Notes: a model not told the origin generated them from the letters alone. A stretch of 64,000 nt of DNA from an uncultured Chloroflexia bacterium (GCA_963724295.1 CAVRUC010000013.1:1-64000), one strand, 5' to 3'; numbered from the stretch's first letter, positions 17,778 through 28,685 are shown. Program-made: numbers and translations.

Positions 17778-20700
17778 ATGCGCGCGCCGCTCGGTCGCTC
17801 TCACAACCACGGTGTCCATGCCGCGGCGCGTCTCTTCCACGCTCTGTTCGCCGTGTCATTGCTCGTCGGCCTGGTAGTCCCGCTTGCCCCGCTCACCGCA
17901 CCGGCGGCCGCCGCGCTCTCGCAGGGGAGCCCACTCCCGCCCCCCCTCCCGGCGCCCGTGCGCGTTGCCCTCTCAGGATCGTTTCAGACCGCACTCGGCT
18001 GCCCAGCCGATTTTGACCCGAGCTGTCCCCAGACACAGCTCCAGGACGACCGAGACGGCTCATGGTCGGCGGTTCTCCCCGTGCCACCCGGCGACTACGT
18101 CTTCCGAGTGGTGGCCTCCAGCGACGTCGAGCGCGCCCTTGGTCAGGGCGGCGATCCGAACGGCGCCGACATCCAGCTCAGCGTGCCCGGGGATGCCGCC
18201 GGTGTCTATTTCCGCTACGACACCCTGACCGGGGAGATCGTCGCCGAGCCGGTGGCCAATGCCGCCACGCTGGTCACCGATCTCGGCGAACAGTTCGCCA
18301 TGGCTCCCGATCGCCGTGGTGGGTACGAGGTGACCTGGGATGCCCAGCCGGGAAGCTATGGCTTCCAGGTCCTCTTCGATGGCCAGCCTGTCGCTCAGGA
18401 CAGCATCAGCCTGGATAGTCCCAGCCGGGTGGTCGTCGCCGTCGACGATGCCGGCGCGGTCACGCTGAAGGACACGCTCCGCGACACCCGGCTCGACGTC
18501 ACCGCGACTGACGCCAGTGGCGCTCCGCGTCCAGGCTCCTGCTTCGCGATCATCGACCGCGACGGGGAGCTGCGAACCCAGGGCTGTGACGCCGATGATG
18601 GCCAGCTTGACGGCCTCCTGCGCCTCCGCGTGCCGAACGGTCTCGACGACGGCAACTACACCCTACGTGAGACGTTCACTCCCGAGGGCGGGACGCCCGC
18701 CGAGGACCAGCGAGTCGAGCTCGGCGCTGGGCGATTCGAGGCAAGTGCCTCCACCAGCACTGGTCAACCGTCGCCCGACGGGACCGAACCCAGCGCGGAG
18801 GAGACCCCGGATCAGTCGAACGCTAACGAACCGGTGGACCAGCCGGTGACCGAGCCCGGTGAGGCGCCGGGGCGACTGACGGTGATTGCGGTCGATGCCG
18901 CCGAGCAGCCGCTGCCGGGCGCGTGCTTCGCCGTTGTCGAGCTGGCATTCGAGGTGTGTGACGATGACGGTGACGGCGCGGTTGTTTTTGATGGTGTCCC
19001 GTCCGCGCCACTGACCCTGCGCGAGACCGCGCCCCCACCTGAGTTCGCATCCGTCGACGATCTCTCCATCAGCATCGAGCCGACCGGGACGAGGCTGCTC
19101 GTGCCGCATCAGCCGGCTGCCGGGGAGACACCGGTTGAAACAACCGACGAGCCACCGCCGGTGCAACCGGTGGAGACGCCACAGGACGCGGCCGGTGAGG
19201 GTGAAGTCGTGCTCGCGCTGCGAGATCGCGACGGTAATCCTGTACCAGGGGCCTGCTGGGCCCTGACCGAACGCGACGGCAATCAAACGATCGAGCGCTG
19301 TGACGACGAAGATGGAGCCGACGACGGCGTCATTCGTTTCGATACCGTCCCGGCCGGTCGCTACTGGCTGGAGGAAGTGACAACACCGGCCGGATATCAA
19401 CCCGCGGAGAGCCAGACCATCGACGTCGCCGCAGACGCACCCGCCGACGTCACCGTCGAATACCAGCAAGCGCAGGGCCGGCCGGGACGGCTGATCATTC
19501 TCGTCGCCGACGAGGACGGCGATCCGGTACCGCAGACGTGCTTCGACGTGCTCGGACCGGTCGAGCTGAGCGACATCTGCGACCGTCAGGACGACGGGCA
19601 GCTCAACGTTCCGGATCTGCCTGCCGGTGAGTACACCGTCAGGCAGACGCAAACGGCCGAAGGTCTCACACCGGCCGCTGAGACGTCAGTCGTCGTGCCA
19701 GAAGACGACACGATCGAGCTTCCCCTCGTGAATGCGCGCGCCGAGACCGAAGAACCGGCGGAAGACGAAGAAAGCGAGCAAATCGCCCCGGTCGATGAAG
19801 GCGAGGTCACCGTCAACATCCGGTCGGAGGATGGCGCGCCTCTTCCAGGCGCCTGCGTAGCGCTGGACGACGGCACTTCTGACATCTCAGTCTGCGACGA
19901 CGCGGCGGAGGACGAGAGCGACGCGGCCGGACAGATCGAGATCGGCGCGATCGCGCCAGGCGACTTCACCCTGACCGTGACGCCGCCCGACGGATTCGAC
20001 GCGCCACCGCCTGCCACCATCCAGGTGACGACCGGTCCCAACGCGCCGATCGAGATCGTCCTCTCCCCGATCGAGACAGCTCCGGAGAACGGCAGCCTTT
20101 CCATCATTGCCGGGAACCTCGAGGATGGCGGTGATCGCCTACCGATGGCCTGCTACACCGTCGAGATCCCACCGGAAGGCCAGGTGTTCGGCCCCTTCTG
20201 CGACGAGGACGGCGACGGTGAGGTGACAGTGCAAGGGGTCACGCCCGGTCCGATCGCGGTCGTGGAATCCACTCCACCTGCGGATACTCAACCGGCGGAT
20301 CCTCCTCGCCAGGAGGTCGAAATCCGTGCCGGGGAAGAAGCCGAGGTCATCTTCCGTCACGGCCCCCCGGCCCAGGAGACGGGCACGCTTGTCATCTTCA
20401 TCGAGAACGAGAACGGCGAGCGAATCGGCGGGTCCTGCTTCACGCTCCAGGGCGAAACCGAGGCTCAGACACTGACCGACGTCTGCGACCAGGGCGACGA
20501 TGGCCGCTTGAACTTCCCTGATCTCCCCTCCGGGGACTACACGATCGTCCAGACCCGCTCCGGCGAGAATCGGCAGCCTGCGCCCGAGCAGACCATCACC
20601 GTCGAGCCCGGGCAGACCGTGGAAGTCACCCTGCTCAACCCGCGAGAGCCAGCACCGGAGACGGCGACACCTGAGCCTGAGCAGACGCCAACCGCGACAC

Positions 20701-23700
20701 CAGAGGTGGAAGCGACCACGGAGCCAGCCGCAACGCCCGAGCCGGTAGCAACCGCCGAGCAGCCGGTCGAAACCGGGATGCTCTCGGTGGTCAACCTGGC
20801 GCCAGACGGCAGCCCGCTCGGCGACGGCTGCTTTGCGCTCACCGATGCCGCCAACGTCCCGGTTGGCGAGATGTGCGACAACGACGCCAGCGATTTCGAT
20901 AGCGCGCCGGGAGTCGTCGCCTTCGGTGGGATCCCCGCGGGCCAGTACACGCTGACCCAAACCGCGGCCAGGGAGGGGTTCAACCCGGCGGCCCCGGTGG
21001 CAGTCGAGCATGGCGCCGCTGCCACCGTCCTCGAGATGGTGAACCAGCCTGCGACCGAGGAGACGGGCGTGGTCGAGCTGGCCACGTTCGACGATAGCGG
21101 CAGTCCGATCCCAGACCAGTGCTACACCCTCGTCGGTGTCGGCGAGAGCTTTGGCCCCTTCTGCGATGACGGCGAAGGCGACACCTCTGCCGATCCGGGC
21201 GTGCTCGCGGTCGAGGGGCTACCGGTCGGAACGTATGAGGCCGTGCTCGAGACCGCGGTGGAAGATCCGGACGTCGAGCAAGCTCAACAAGCGAAGCCGC
21301 GGCGGTCCGTCTCCATCCGCCGCGGCGGGCAGCCGACCCGCACCATCTTCAACGTGCGCGCCCAGCAGCGGGAGCGTGGCGATCTCCTCATTCGGGTTCG
21401 GGATCAGGATGGAGACTATCTGGCGGGCGCCTGCTTCGGATTGATCCCCGATGGCGAAACCGCGCCATCCGCCGAGGTGTGCGACAACCGCGGTGGGGAC
21501 GAGAACAGTGCCGACGGCCGCATCCTGCTCACCGGCATCCGATCAGGCCGTTACACGCTGAACCAGACTACCGCCCCCGCCGGTTACACCACCGCCGCGG
21601 ATCAGTCGGTCCGTATCGCGGCGGGCTCCGTGCGCGAGGTGGCGGTCACCAACCAGGCCGAACCGGAGCGCACCGCAAACCTCGACGTCGCGACAACTGA
21701 CGACGAGGGGAACGCGCTGCCCGCGGCCTGCTACGCGATCCTGCGAGGGAATTCATCGCTCGAACACTGTGACGACGATGACGATGGGATCACCCGATTC
21801 GTCGATATCCCGCCCGGCAGCTACGTCGTGCGCCAGACCCAGGCGCCAGCGGGTGGCTACACCATTGCAGGCTCCACGGCGACGCGCATTGACCCCGGTC
21901 AAACCGCGACGGTGACCGTCGTCAACGAGGCGGGCCCGGGCAGCCTGCTGTTGCGCAAGACCGATGACGCGGGCCAACTCCTGGCTGGAGCCTGCTTCGC
22001 CCTCCGCAGTGGTGACCGCGCTGTCTACTCGATCTGCGACAACGACGCCAGCGACGCCAACACCAGCGTCGGCGTCATCCTGCTCGGCACCGTGGCGCCG
22101 GGAACATACACCCTGCGCGAGACCCAACCGCCGACTGGATATCTCGCCGCCGCCGATCGAGAGGTAACGGTCTCCGCGAACCAGCGGAGTCAGATCAGCG
22201 TCGTCGATCCCCTCGCGCCACAACCGCAACGCAGCGGCGATCTGCGTGTCTTCAAGCTCGATACCGGCGGCCGCGCCCTGGCCGGCTCCTGCTTTGCCGT
22301 TGTCGACGGAAGCCAGGTGCTGGTGGCGCGTTGCGACGCCGACGATGGCGCCGACAACGGTGTGGTGCTGATGGAGGGCATCGCGCCAGGAGAGTACACC
22401 CTGCGTGAGACACGCCGGCCCTCGGCTGACTATCAGACCGCGGCCGATATTCTGGTGGAGGTCGTCGCGGACCAGACCGTCGATGTCGAGGTTGTGAACC
22501 GGCTTCGCCCCGGCCGCATCCTGATACAGAAGATCGACCCGAACGGCTTGCCGCTGGCGGGTGCCTGTTTCGATCTCGTCGAGGACGCCGCGGGCGCCTC
22601 CTGCACCGACGAGAATGGCGAGCTGCTCTTCGCCGATCTCACGCCGGGTGTCTACCGCGTGGTGGAGACTGAGGCGCCCGCGGGATACCTGGTGGCGCCG
22701 GCCATCGATCCGGTCACGGTCAGACCCGGCAGCACCGCGACACTCGAGGTCGTCGACCAGCCAGCGCCACCACCGCCTGACAGCGGCTCGATCCAGGTCA
22801 GGAAATTCGTCTGCCCCGTTGCGGCGGGTGGTGGCGGCATCGTCTTCGTCGACTCCTCCGATCCTGACGGAGGCGGGCTGGCCCGGACCGCCGGCTGTGA
22901 CATCGGCGACGCGGACTTTGTCCTCGATGGACCGTCCGGGCCGATCGAGTTCCGAACGGGATCCGGAGGCCGCTACCAGACGACTCTCGCCACCGGGGAC
23001 TACGTGCTGACCGAGGTTTCGACCGGTGGGTCGGAGCCGCTCACGGTGCGAGTCAACACGCTGACGACCGTGGTGGTGATCAACTATGTCGAACCGCAAG
23101 GCCCGCAGCCAGCGGCTATCGACGTCGTGAAATACACCTGCGCGCCGGGATTCCAGGGTCGGGTCTGGCTCGACTTCGCCGAGGCGTGTCTTGACGACGC
23201 GAATCTCACGAACAATGTCGGCTTCCGGCTCTCCGGGGCGGTCTCAGCTCGACGCGTCACCGGTGACACCGGCAGCGGCGGCGCCACCCGCTTCGATGCC
23301 CTCCCCGCGGGCGACTACCGGCTGCGCGAAGAGACCCCCCTCGGCACGGTCGCGGTCTATGCCTTCTGTGGCCTCGATCCCGCCTCTCCTGACGGGCGCG
23401 GAGTCGGAGACGCGGTCAATCTCCGTCTCGCCGCCGGCCAGACCGTCACCTGTCACTGGTTCAACGTGCCGGAGGACCTCGCCGGGGATACCGGGGCGAT
23501 CACGGTCTACAAGTACGCCTGCCCGGTCACAGTTGCACCGGCGGGATTCGATTGGTATGGCCGCTGCGATCCGCAGGGACAGGGGGTCCAGTTCAGCCTG
23601 TCGGTCTGGGACGGCTCGCGATTCCTGCCGGTCGTCACCGCGGCGACGGACGGTGACGGAATTCTCCGCTTTACCCGGCTGCAACCCGGCACCTACGACC

Positions 23701-23984
23701 TGCAGGAGGTCGACGCCACCTGGTGCCACGCGGAATCGGACAGTGTCAACGCGCAGGGTCAGGTCGTCGTTGCCGCGGGCGAGCGAGCCAGTGTCTGGAT
23801 CTTCAACTGCGTCGGCGCGAAGAATCCGCCCAATACCGGCGCCGGTCCCGGGGCCATGGCTGGCAGCCCACGGACCGGCGCCGCGCCCGGGCTGGGATCT
23901 GCGCCAGGCGCCGGTCTCGGCCTGAGCCTGTTGTGGCCGCTGGCCGGGCTCGTGATCCTGCGCCGCTGGAGCCGGGCCATGTAA
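17778..23984 (+). CDS. Giant secreted surface protein with SpaA/prealbumin-like repeats and a sortase-like C-terminus
   Basis: 2068 aa; signal peptide; pullulanase X25-like N-terminus; about 17 Ig-like repeats; PPNTG, hydrophobic segment and RRWSR tail. Confidence 0.8.
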   Translation: MRAPLGRSHNHGVHAAARLFHALFAVSLLVGLVVPLAPLTAPAAAALSQGSPLPPPLPAPVRVALSGSFQTALGCPADFDPSCPQTQLQDDRDGSWSAVLPVPPGDYVFRVVASSDVERALGQGGDPNGADIQLSVPGDAAGVYFRYDTLTGEIVAEPVANAATLVTDLGEQFAMAPDRRGGYEVTWDAQPGSYGFQVLFDGQPVAQDSISLDSPSRVVVAVDDAGAVTLKDTLRDTRLDVTATDASGAPRPGSCFAIIDRDGELRTQGCDADDGQLDGLLRLRVPNGLDDGNYTLRETFTPEGGTPAEDQRVELGAGRFEASASTSTGQPSPDGTEPSAEETPDQSNANEPVDQPVTEPGEAPGRLTVIAVDAAEQPLPGACFAVVELAFEVCDDDGDGAVVFDGVPSAPLTLRETAPPPEFASVDDLSISIEPTGTRLLVPHQPAAGETPVETTDEPPPVQPVETPQDAAGEGEVVLALRDRDGNPVPGACWALTERDGNQTIERCDDEDGADDGVIRFDTVPAGRYWLEEVTTPAGYQPAESQTIDVAADAPADVTVEYQQAQGRPGRLIILVADEDGDPVPQTCFDVLGPVELSDICDRQDDGQLNVPDLPAGEYTVRQTQTAEGLTPAAETSVVVPEDDTIELPLVNARAETEEPAEDEESEQIAPVDEGEVTVNIRSEDGAPLPGACVALDDGTSDISVCDDAAEDESDAAGQIEIGAIAPGDFTLTVTPPDGFDAPPPATIQVTTGPNAPIEIVLSPIETAPENGSLSIIAGNLEDGGDRLPMACYTVEIPPEGQVFGPFCDEDGDGEVTVQGVTPGPIAVVESTPPADTQPADPPRQEVEIRAGEEAEVIFRHGPPAQETGTLVIFIENENGERIGGSCFTLQGETEAQTLTDVCDQGDDGRLNFPDLPSGDYTIVQTRSGENRQPAPEQTITVEPGQTVEVTLLNPREPAPETATPEPEQTPTATPEVEATTEPAATPEPVATAEQPVETGMLSVVNLAPDGSPLGDGCFALTDAANVPVGEMCDNDASDFDSAPGVVAFGGIPAGQYTLTQTAAREGFNPAAPVAVEHGAAATVLEMVNQPATEETGVVELATFDDSGSPIPDQCYTLVGVGESFGPFCDDGEGDTSADPGVLAVEGLPVGTYEAVLETAVEDPDVEQAQQAKPRRSVSIRRGGQPTRTIFNVRAQQRERGDLLIRVRDQDGDYLAGACFGLIPDGETAPSAEVCDNRGGDENSADGRILLTGIRSGRYTLNQTTAPAGYTTAADQSVRIAAGSVREVAVTNQAEPERTANLDVATTDDEGNALPAACYAILRGNSSLEHCDDDDDGITRFVDIPPGSYVVRQTQAPAGGYTIAGSTATRIDPGQTATVTVVNEAGPGSLLLRKTDDAGQLLAGACFALRSGDRAVYSICDNDASDANTSVGVILLGTVAPGTYTLRETQPPTGYLAAADREVTVSANQRSQISVVDPLAPQPQRSGDLRVFKLDTGGRALAGSCFAVVDGSQVLVARCDADDGADNGVVLMEGIAPGEYTLRETRRPSADYQTAADILVEVVADQTVDVEVVNRLRPGRILIQKIDPNGLPLAGACFDLVEDAAGASCTDENGELLFADLTPGVYRVVETEAPAGYLVAPAIDPVTVRPGSTATLEVVDQPAPPPPDSGSIQVRKFVCPVAAGGGGIVFVDSSDPDGGGLARTAGCDIGDADFVLDGPSGPIEFRTGSGGRYQTTLATGDYVLTEVSTGGSEPLTVRVNTLTTVVVINYVEPQGPQPAAIDVVKYTCAPGFQGRVWLDFAEACLDDANLTNNVGFRLSGAVSARRVTGDTGSGGATRFDALPAGDYRLREETPLGTVAVYAFCGLDPASPDGRGVGDAVNLRLAAGQTVTCHWFNVPEDLAGDTGAITVYKYACPVTVAPAGFDWYGRCDPQGQGVQFSLSVWDGSRFLPVVTAATDGDGILRFTRLQPGTYDLQEVDATWCHAESDSVNAQGQVVVAAGERASVWIFNCVGAKNPPNTGAGPGAMAGSPRTGAAPGLGSAPGAGLGLSLLWPLAGLVILRRWSRAM

Positions 23985-24015
23985 AGGCGGCGCCAGCCGC
24001 GAAGGCCGCCGGCTG

Positions 24016-24348
24016 CTAGCCGGCGGCTCCCGGTGCCCGATAGGTAATCTGCGAAGCCTTGTCCAGAGCGGCGAGGGTCTCCTCCACCGTTAGCAAGGGA
24101 ATCGTCTCGTAGGCGCTGAGGGCTCCCCCCGAGTTGATGGCCAGCGCCATGGCGGCGATGGAGACGGTATCCGGCGCCTCGTACAGCGCGTAGGCGTCGT
24201 ACTCTCCCAAGGCATACCAGAACCCGTGCAGTTTTCCACCGACCGCTTCGACGTATTGGGTGGCGGCCGAGCGGCGGTCCTCCGGGTTGCCGATGAGCTT
24301 GGCCCACGTGGCCGGCGTGTAGCTGAACCGGGTCAGGTAGAACGGCAT
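24016..24348 (-). CDS. GYD domain protein
   Basis: YLTRFSYT...GGKLHGFWYALGEYD. Confidence 0.85.
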   Translation of the reverse strand: MPFYLTRFSYTPATWAKLIGNPEDRRSAATQYVEAVGGKLHGFWYALGEYDAYALYEAPDTVSIAAMALAINSGGALSAYETIPLLTVEETLAALDKASQITYRAPGAAG

Positions 24349-24512
24349 CGGTCTTCCTCCTCCAGCTTTGACAGTGGCGCCGCATCGACAAGCGGCCCAT
24401 CGTTGCGAGGCTTCCGGCGCAGCATGCCGGTCGCCTCTAACACATCATACAAGGAATGATCAGACGGTCAGAACAATGACGGCGGGATGTACAGTTCATA
24501 TCGCATGCGCTT

Positions 24513-24908
24513 TCACGGGACCAGGGCGATGCACTCCACTTCGACCAACGAGCCCAACGGCAGCTTCGCCACCTGGACCGTGGAGCGCGGAGGCGGGTTG
24601 GTCCCAAGGAAGCGACCGTAGACGGCGTTGAAGGCCGCGAAGTCGTTCAAGTCCGCCAGGAAGCATGTCGTCTTGACGACCCGGTCGAAACCGGAGCCAG
24701 CCGCCGCAAGCACCGCGGCGAGGTTCTGCATCACCCGCTCGGTCTGGAGGGTCACATCGCCGGCGACGAGCGTCATGGTCTCCGGATCGAGTGGAAGCTG
24801 ACCCGCGGTAAAGACGAGTCCGTTGGCCACGATGCCCTGCGAGTACGGCCCGATGGCCGCCGGAGCCCCGTCTGTCGCTACGATTGTCCGTTCTCCCCGC
24901 TCGGTCAC
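24513..24908 (-). CDS. ridA: RidA family (YjgF/YER057c/UK114) deaminase
   Basis: APAAIGPYSQG, PPPRSTVQVAKLP, VEVECIA. Confidence 0.9.
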   Translation of the reverse strand: MTERGERTIVATDGAPAAIGPYSQGIVANGLVFTAGQLPLDPETMTLVAGDVTLQTERVMQNLAAVLAAAGSGFDRVVKTTCFLADLNDFAAFNAVYGRFLGTNPPPRSTVQVAKLPLGSLVEVECIALVP

Positions 24909-25005
24909 TGCCTCCCCCTCCAGATCACCCCGACACCGTCCGTTCTCCCCATCACCCTAACACCTATCACCCTAATACCCCATAACCCTATAATGCGTAC
25001 TGAGG

Positions 25006-27285
25006 ATGTCGCGTGATCTTCGTCCACCCGCCGGAGTTCCGATGAACGTCACTGCCTGGCTTGGCAGCAGCGCTGCCGGAGTCCGGAGCATTGGGCTGAC
25101 TCCACCCGCGCGCTCGCAAGAGGTGGCGCGCCTGTTGACCCGGGTACTGCTCGTGGTTGCCCTCTTTCTCGCGGCGGGAGCCGCGGGATTGGCACTCTAC
25201 GCCTCGTCCCACCAGGGTCGCATCTATCAAGGGGTGCGGGTCGCCGGTCTGGATCTCGGCGGTCTCTCCCCGGCTGACGCCCGCACCCGCCTCGAAGAGC
25301 ACTTCACGGAGTATGCCGGCAGGCCGCTCACCCTCACCGCGGGGGACCAGTCCTTCGAGATCACTCCGGCCGAAGCCGGTGCTCGCCTCGATAGCGAGAC
25401 GACGATCGACGCCGCGATGCATTGGGGCCGCCAGGGATCCCTCTGGGATCAATCGCGTGCCTGGGCGCGGGCCCTCGTGCGTGGGGTAGCGATAGCGCCC
25501 GTGGTCCATCTCGATCCGGATGCCGCGCACGGCAGCATCGCGGCTATTGCCCCGAACGTCGTCAAACCCGCGATCGATGCCAGGCTGGCCTTTGGCGCGA
25601 GTGGACGCCCCGAGATCGTCCCGGACGTGACCGGCATCGGCCTCGATTACGTCGCCACCGAGTCAGTGCTTGCCGAGCGGATCGCCACCTTTGCCCGCGA
25701 TCCCGTGCCAATGGTGACCCGCGATGACCCGGCGGACGTGACCGCAGCGTCGCTGGCGCCGAACCTACCGGAAGCCGGCGCCGCGGTCGATGCACCGCTC
25801 ATCCTCTCGTTCGACGACGCCGTCTGGCACGTTCCGCCCGACAATCTGCGGCTGTTGCTGGGTGTCGATCCGGCGACGTCGAATCTGCGCGTCGACCACA
25901 GGCCGCTGCATTCGCTCGTCGCCGGGCTCGCCGCGGAGATCGACCGTGACGCGGTCGATGCGGGGATCACTGTCGACGAAAACGGCCGGCTGGCGGTGGT
26001 ACCGGCCATCCCGGCGGCGCGAGTGGACGTCGACGCGTCGGTGGCGACGATCGCGGAGGGACTTCTCGCCGGCCAAGACCAGATCGCGTTGGTGGTCGAC
26101 GAGACGCCTGCCGAGATCTCGGACGCCATGGCGGCGGCCGCTGTCGCGCACGGCGAAGAGCTCCTGGATCCCGGCATCGCGCTCACCTGGGACGGCGGTC
26201 AAGGCACGCTCGAACGGGGAGATCTGCTGCGCGCGCTGACCATTCGCTCCCGGCCCGGCGCGGATGAGCCGTTCGTCTTCGGTCTCGATCCAGATCTTGT
26301 GCGAGAGAGTCTGGAGCGGTACGCGCTGGACTTCGATATTCCGGTCCAGGATGCGCGATGGCGCATCATCGACGGCAAGATCCAGCTCGCGGTCCCGGAG
26401 AGCAAGGGGCGTGAGCTCGATCTCGATCGCGGCGTCGCCAGCGTTGTGGACGCGTTCCTCGGTCAGGAGACCGAAGTCAAGCTCGACGTGCGTACGCTGA
26501 TGCCCCGCTGGACCGGCAAGGACGGCAGCGCTATCACCCTTGGCGACGACATCCTGGGCGAGGGTGCAACCTGGTACGGCGATTCGAGTGATGCCCGCCG
26601 GCAGAACATCGAGCTGGCCTCATCGTCTCTGAGCGGTTGGCTGGTTCCACCCGGTGGCGCCTTTTCCTATGCCGACAGCGTCGGGCTGATCACCGAGGAG
26701 AAGGGGTACATCACCGGACTCGGCATCGTCGACGACGGTCGCGGGGGGTTCACCACCGCTCCCGTCGTCGGCGGCGGCATCTGTCAGGTTTCCACCACGC
26801 TCTACCAGGCCGCCTTCTGGGCCGGCCTCCCATTCCTCGAGCGGCATCAGCATCCCTACTACCTGCGCACCTACGGCGAGGCAGCGACTGGTCTGCCCGG
26901 GCTCGACGCCATGGTGAACATCGAACCCGACTGGCGCCTCGATCTGAAGTTCAAGAACACGACCGGTCGCTGGATCGCGGTGGTGCTCATTCCGGACGGG
27001 GCGATGGTCTACGCTCGCATCGTCGGGACAGACCCCGGTTGGGAAGTCGTCGTCCCGGAGCCAACCATCGAAAACGAAGTCAAGGCGCCTGATCAGATGA
27101 TTTACACCGAGTCGCCCGAGCTGCCTGTCGGCCAGGAGCGAGTGGTCGAGTCGGCACAGGACGGCTTCGACGTCCGCATCGACCGCACCGTACTCGACGA
27201 CGGCAAGGTCATCCTCCAGGATGCGGTATTTAGCTCGTTTGCGCCCTCCCGCAATACCACCTTGCGCGGAACCGGAACCGGCTAG
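25006..27285 (+). CDS. VanW family protein with PG-binding-4 repeats and a G5-like tail
   Basis: TM, IYQGVRVAGLDLGGLS, RRQNIELA, GGGICQVSTTLYQAA, DLKFKN. Confidence 0.85.
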   Translation: MSRDLRPPAGVPMNVTAWLGSSAAGVRSIGLTPPARSQEVARLLTRVLLVVALFLAAGAAGLALYASSHQGRIYQGVRVAGLDLGGLSPADARTRLEEHFTEYAGRPLTLTAGDQSFEITPAEAGARLDSETTIDAAMHWGRQGSLWDQSRAWARALVRGVAIAPVVHLDPDAAHGSIAAIAPNVVKPAIDARLAFGASGRPEIVPDVTGIGLDYVATESVLAERIATFARDPVPMVTRDDPADVTAASLAPNLPEAGAAVDAPLILSFDDAVWHVPPDNLRLLLGVDPATSNLRVDHRPLHSLVAGLAAEIDRDAVDAGITVDENGRLAVVPAIPAARVDVDASVATIAEGLLAGQDQIALVVDETPAEISDAMAAAAVAHGEELLDPGIALTWDGGQGTLERGDLLRALTIRSRPGADEPFVFGLDPDLVRESLERYALDFDIPVQDARWRIIDGKIQLAVPESKGRELDLDRGVASVVDAFLGQETEVKLDVRTLMPRWTGKDGSAITLGDDILGEGATWYGDSSDARRQNIELASSSLSGWLVPPGGAFSYADSVGLITEEKGYITGLGIVDDGRGGFTTAPVVGGGICQVSTTLYQAAFWAGLPFLERHQHPYYLRTYGEAATGLPGLDAMVNIEPDWRLDLKFKNTTGRWIAVVLIPDGAMVYARIVGTDPGWEVVVPEPTIENEVKAPDQMIYTESPELPVGQERVVESAQDGFDVRIDRTVLDDGKVILQDAVFSSFAPSRNTTLRGTGTG

Positions 27286-27384
27286 CGCGCGTTCTCCCCG
27301 CACTGCACTGGTGTCAGGCGTGTCGATCCGCCGCCCGTGCTGACGACCCATGTGCCGGCGCACCTGATCTCGGAAAGGACCATC

Positions 27385-28653
27385 ATGGCTATCGCTGCCC
27401 CCCCTGAACTTGCCGACCGCACCCGTCGCGGTCCGGACCGCCGTATCCTCGCGGCTGGCGTGCTCGTTGCCGCGGCCGCCGGCGCCTGGGTCGGGCAGCG
27501 CCTGCAAGAACCAGGGCGCGTCCGGTCTACGGAATCACCGCCGCTCATCGACTGGCGCACCGCGCGGGACATCGCGGTGACGATGAGCCGGGATGAGGTC
27601 CTCTCCGTGGCCGAGCGGCGGAAGCTCGACGCGGAGTACCGCGCGCTCGTCGCGCGCTGCGTGCCAATCGTGAGCGAGTACACCGGGGATCTCCTCCCGG
27701 ACGCACCGGAGCGCACGTTCGCGTTCGATCGCGTGGACTGGGTCAACGCCAACATCGATGGTTTCGAGCGCATGTTCGCGCCCCTGGAAGGACTCAACCT
27801 TCTGGGGGACGCGGCGAACCGGTCGATCGCGGGGCAGATGTTCGGCACGCTCAACCAGAAAGTGCTCAGCGCCGAGGTCGGGCTCCTCCTCGGCTACCTC
27901 GCGCGCAAGGTGCTCGGACAGTACGACCTGACTCTCCTCGGTCGCGAGCCGCTGGGACCGGGCCGCCTCTACTACGTTGAGCCAAATATCAAGGCGGCGG
28001 AGCACACCCTCGGGCTGCCGCGTGACGAGTTCCGCATGTGGCTGGCGCTGCACGAGACAACGCACGCCTTCGAGTTCGAGGCGCATCCCTGGCTGCGCGA
28101 CCACTTCAACGACATGCTGGAGCGCTACTTCGGGTTCCTGCGCGAGGATGCGGTGAATCTGCGCTCCCAGGGGCTGAGTGGTCTGCGTCTGTACGTCGAT
28201 CGGATCCGATCCGGGAGCGGTGAATCGGGGAGCTGGCTGGAATCGTTGATGAACGCCGAGCAGCGTGCGCTCTTCACGCGGATGCAAGCGACGATGTGTA
28301 TCGTGGAGGGGTACTCCAACCACGTCATGAACGCGGTCGGCCGCGAGTTGCTGCCCAACTACACGATGATCTCGCGGCGCTTCGCGCAGCGACTGCAGCA
28401 GCGCTCCCAGGCGGATCGGCTACTGGCCAAGCTGACCGGTCTCGACGTCAAGATGGAGCAGTACCGCCTCGGCGAGCAATTCATCGACCGCGTTGCCGAT
28501 GAGCGCGGCCACAGCTTCGCCCGCCGCGTCTGGGATGGTGCGGACTACCTGCCGACGATGGCCGAGATTCGCCAGCCCGAGCTCTGGCTGGCGCGCATCG
28601 ACTTCATGGACGGCCGCGTTCCGGCGCCGCCGTCCTCGGTCACCGCCGGCTAG
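27385..28653 (+). CDS. Zinc-dependent metalloprotease (DUF2342 / zincin-like)
   Basis: LIDW, DRVDWVNANI, KVLGQYD, LHETTH, EGYSNHVM, KMEQYRLG. Confidence 0.85.
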   Translation: MAIAAPPELADRTRRGPDRRILAAGVLVAAAAGAWVGQRLQEPGRVRSTESPPLIDWRTARDIAVTMSRDEVLSVAERRKLDAEYRALVARCVPIVSEYTGDLLPDAPERTFAFDRVDWVNANIDGFERMFAPLEGLNLLGDAANRSIAGQMFGTLNQKVLSAEVGLLLGYLARKVLGQYDLTLLGREPLGPGRLYYVEPNIKAAEHTLGLPRDEFRMWLALHETTHAFEFEAHPWLRDHFNDMLERYFGFLREDAVNLRSQGLSGLRLYVDRIRSGSGESGSWLESLMNAEQRALFTRMQATMCIVEGYSNHVMNAVGRELLPNYTMISRRFAQRLQQRSQADRLLAKLTGLDVKMEQYRLGEQFIDRVADERGHSFARRVWDGADYLPTMAEIRQPELWLARIDFMDGRVPAPPSSVTAG

Positions 28654-28656
28654 TGG

Positions 28657-28685
28657 TTGACATTAGGGCATGAGACCCCTACTCT
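28657..28685 (+). promoter_or_regulatory. Sigma70-type promoter for the leader and ABC exporter operon
   Basis: TTGACA-17 bp-TACTCT. Confidence 0.7.

Noticed and set aside
21753..23099. Long antisense ORFs (also 35290-36636, 54343-55608, 59496-60797 and others)
   Set aside because: Shadow frames of real high-GC genes on the opposite strand.
25006..27285. Vancomycin resistance locus
   Set aside because: A VanW domain alone is a common cell-wall protein; no vanHAX or vanRS genes are present.
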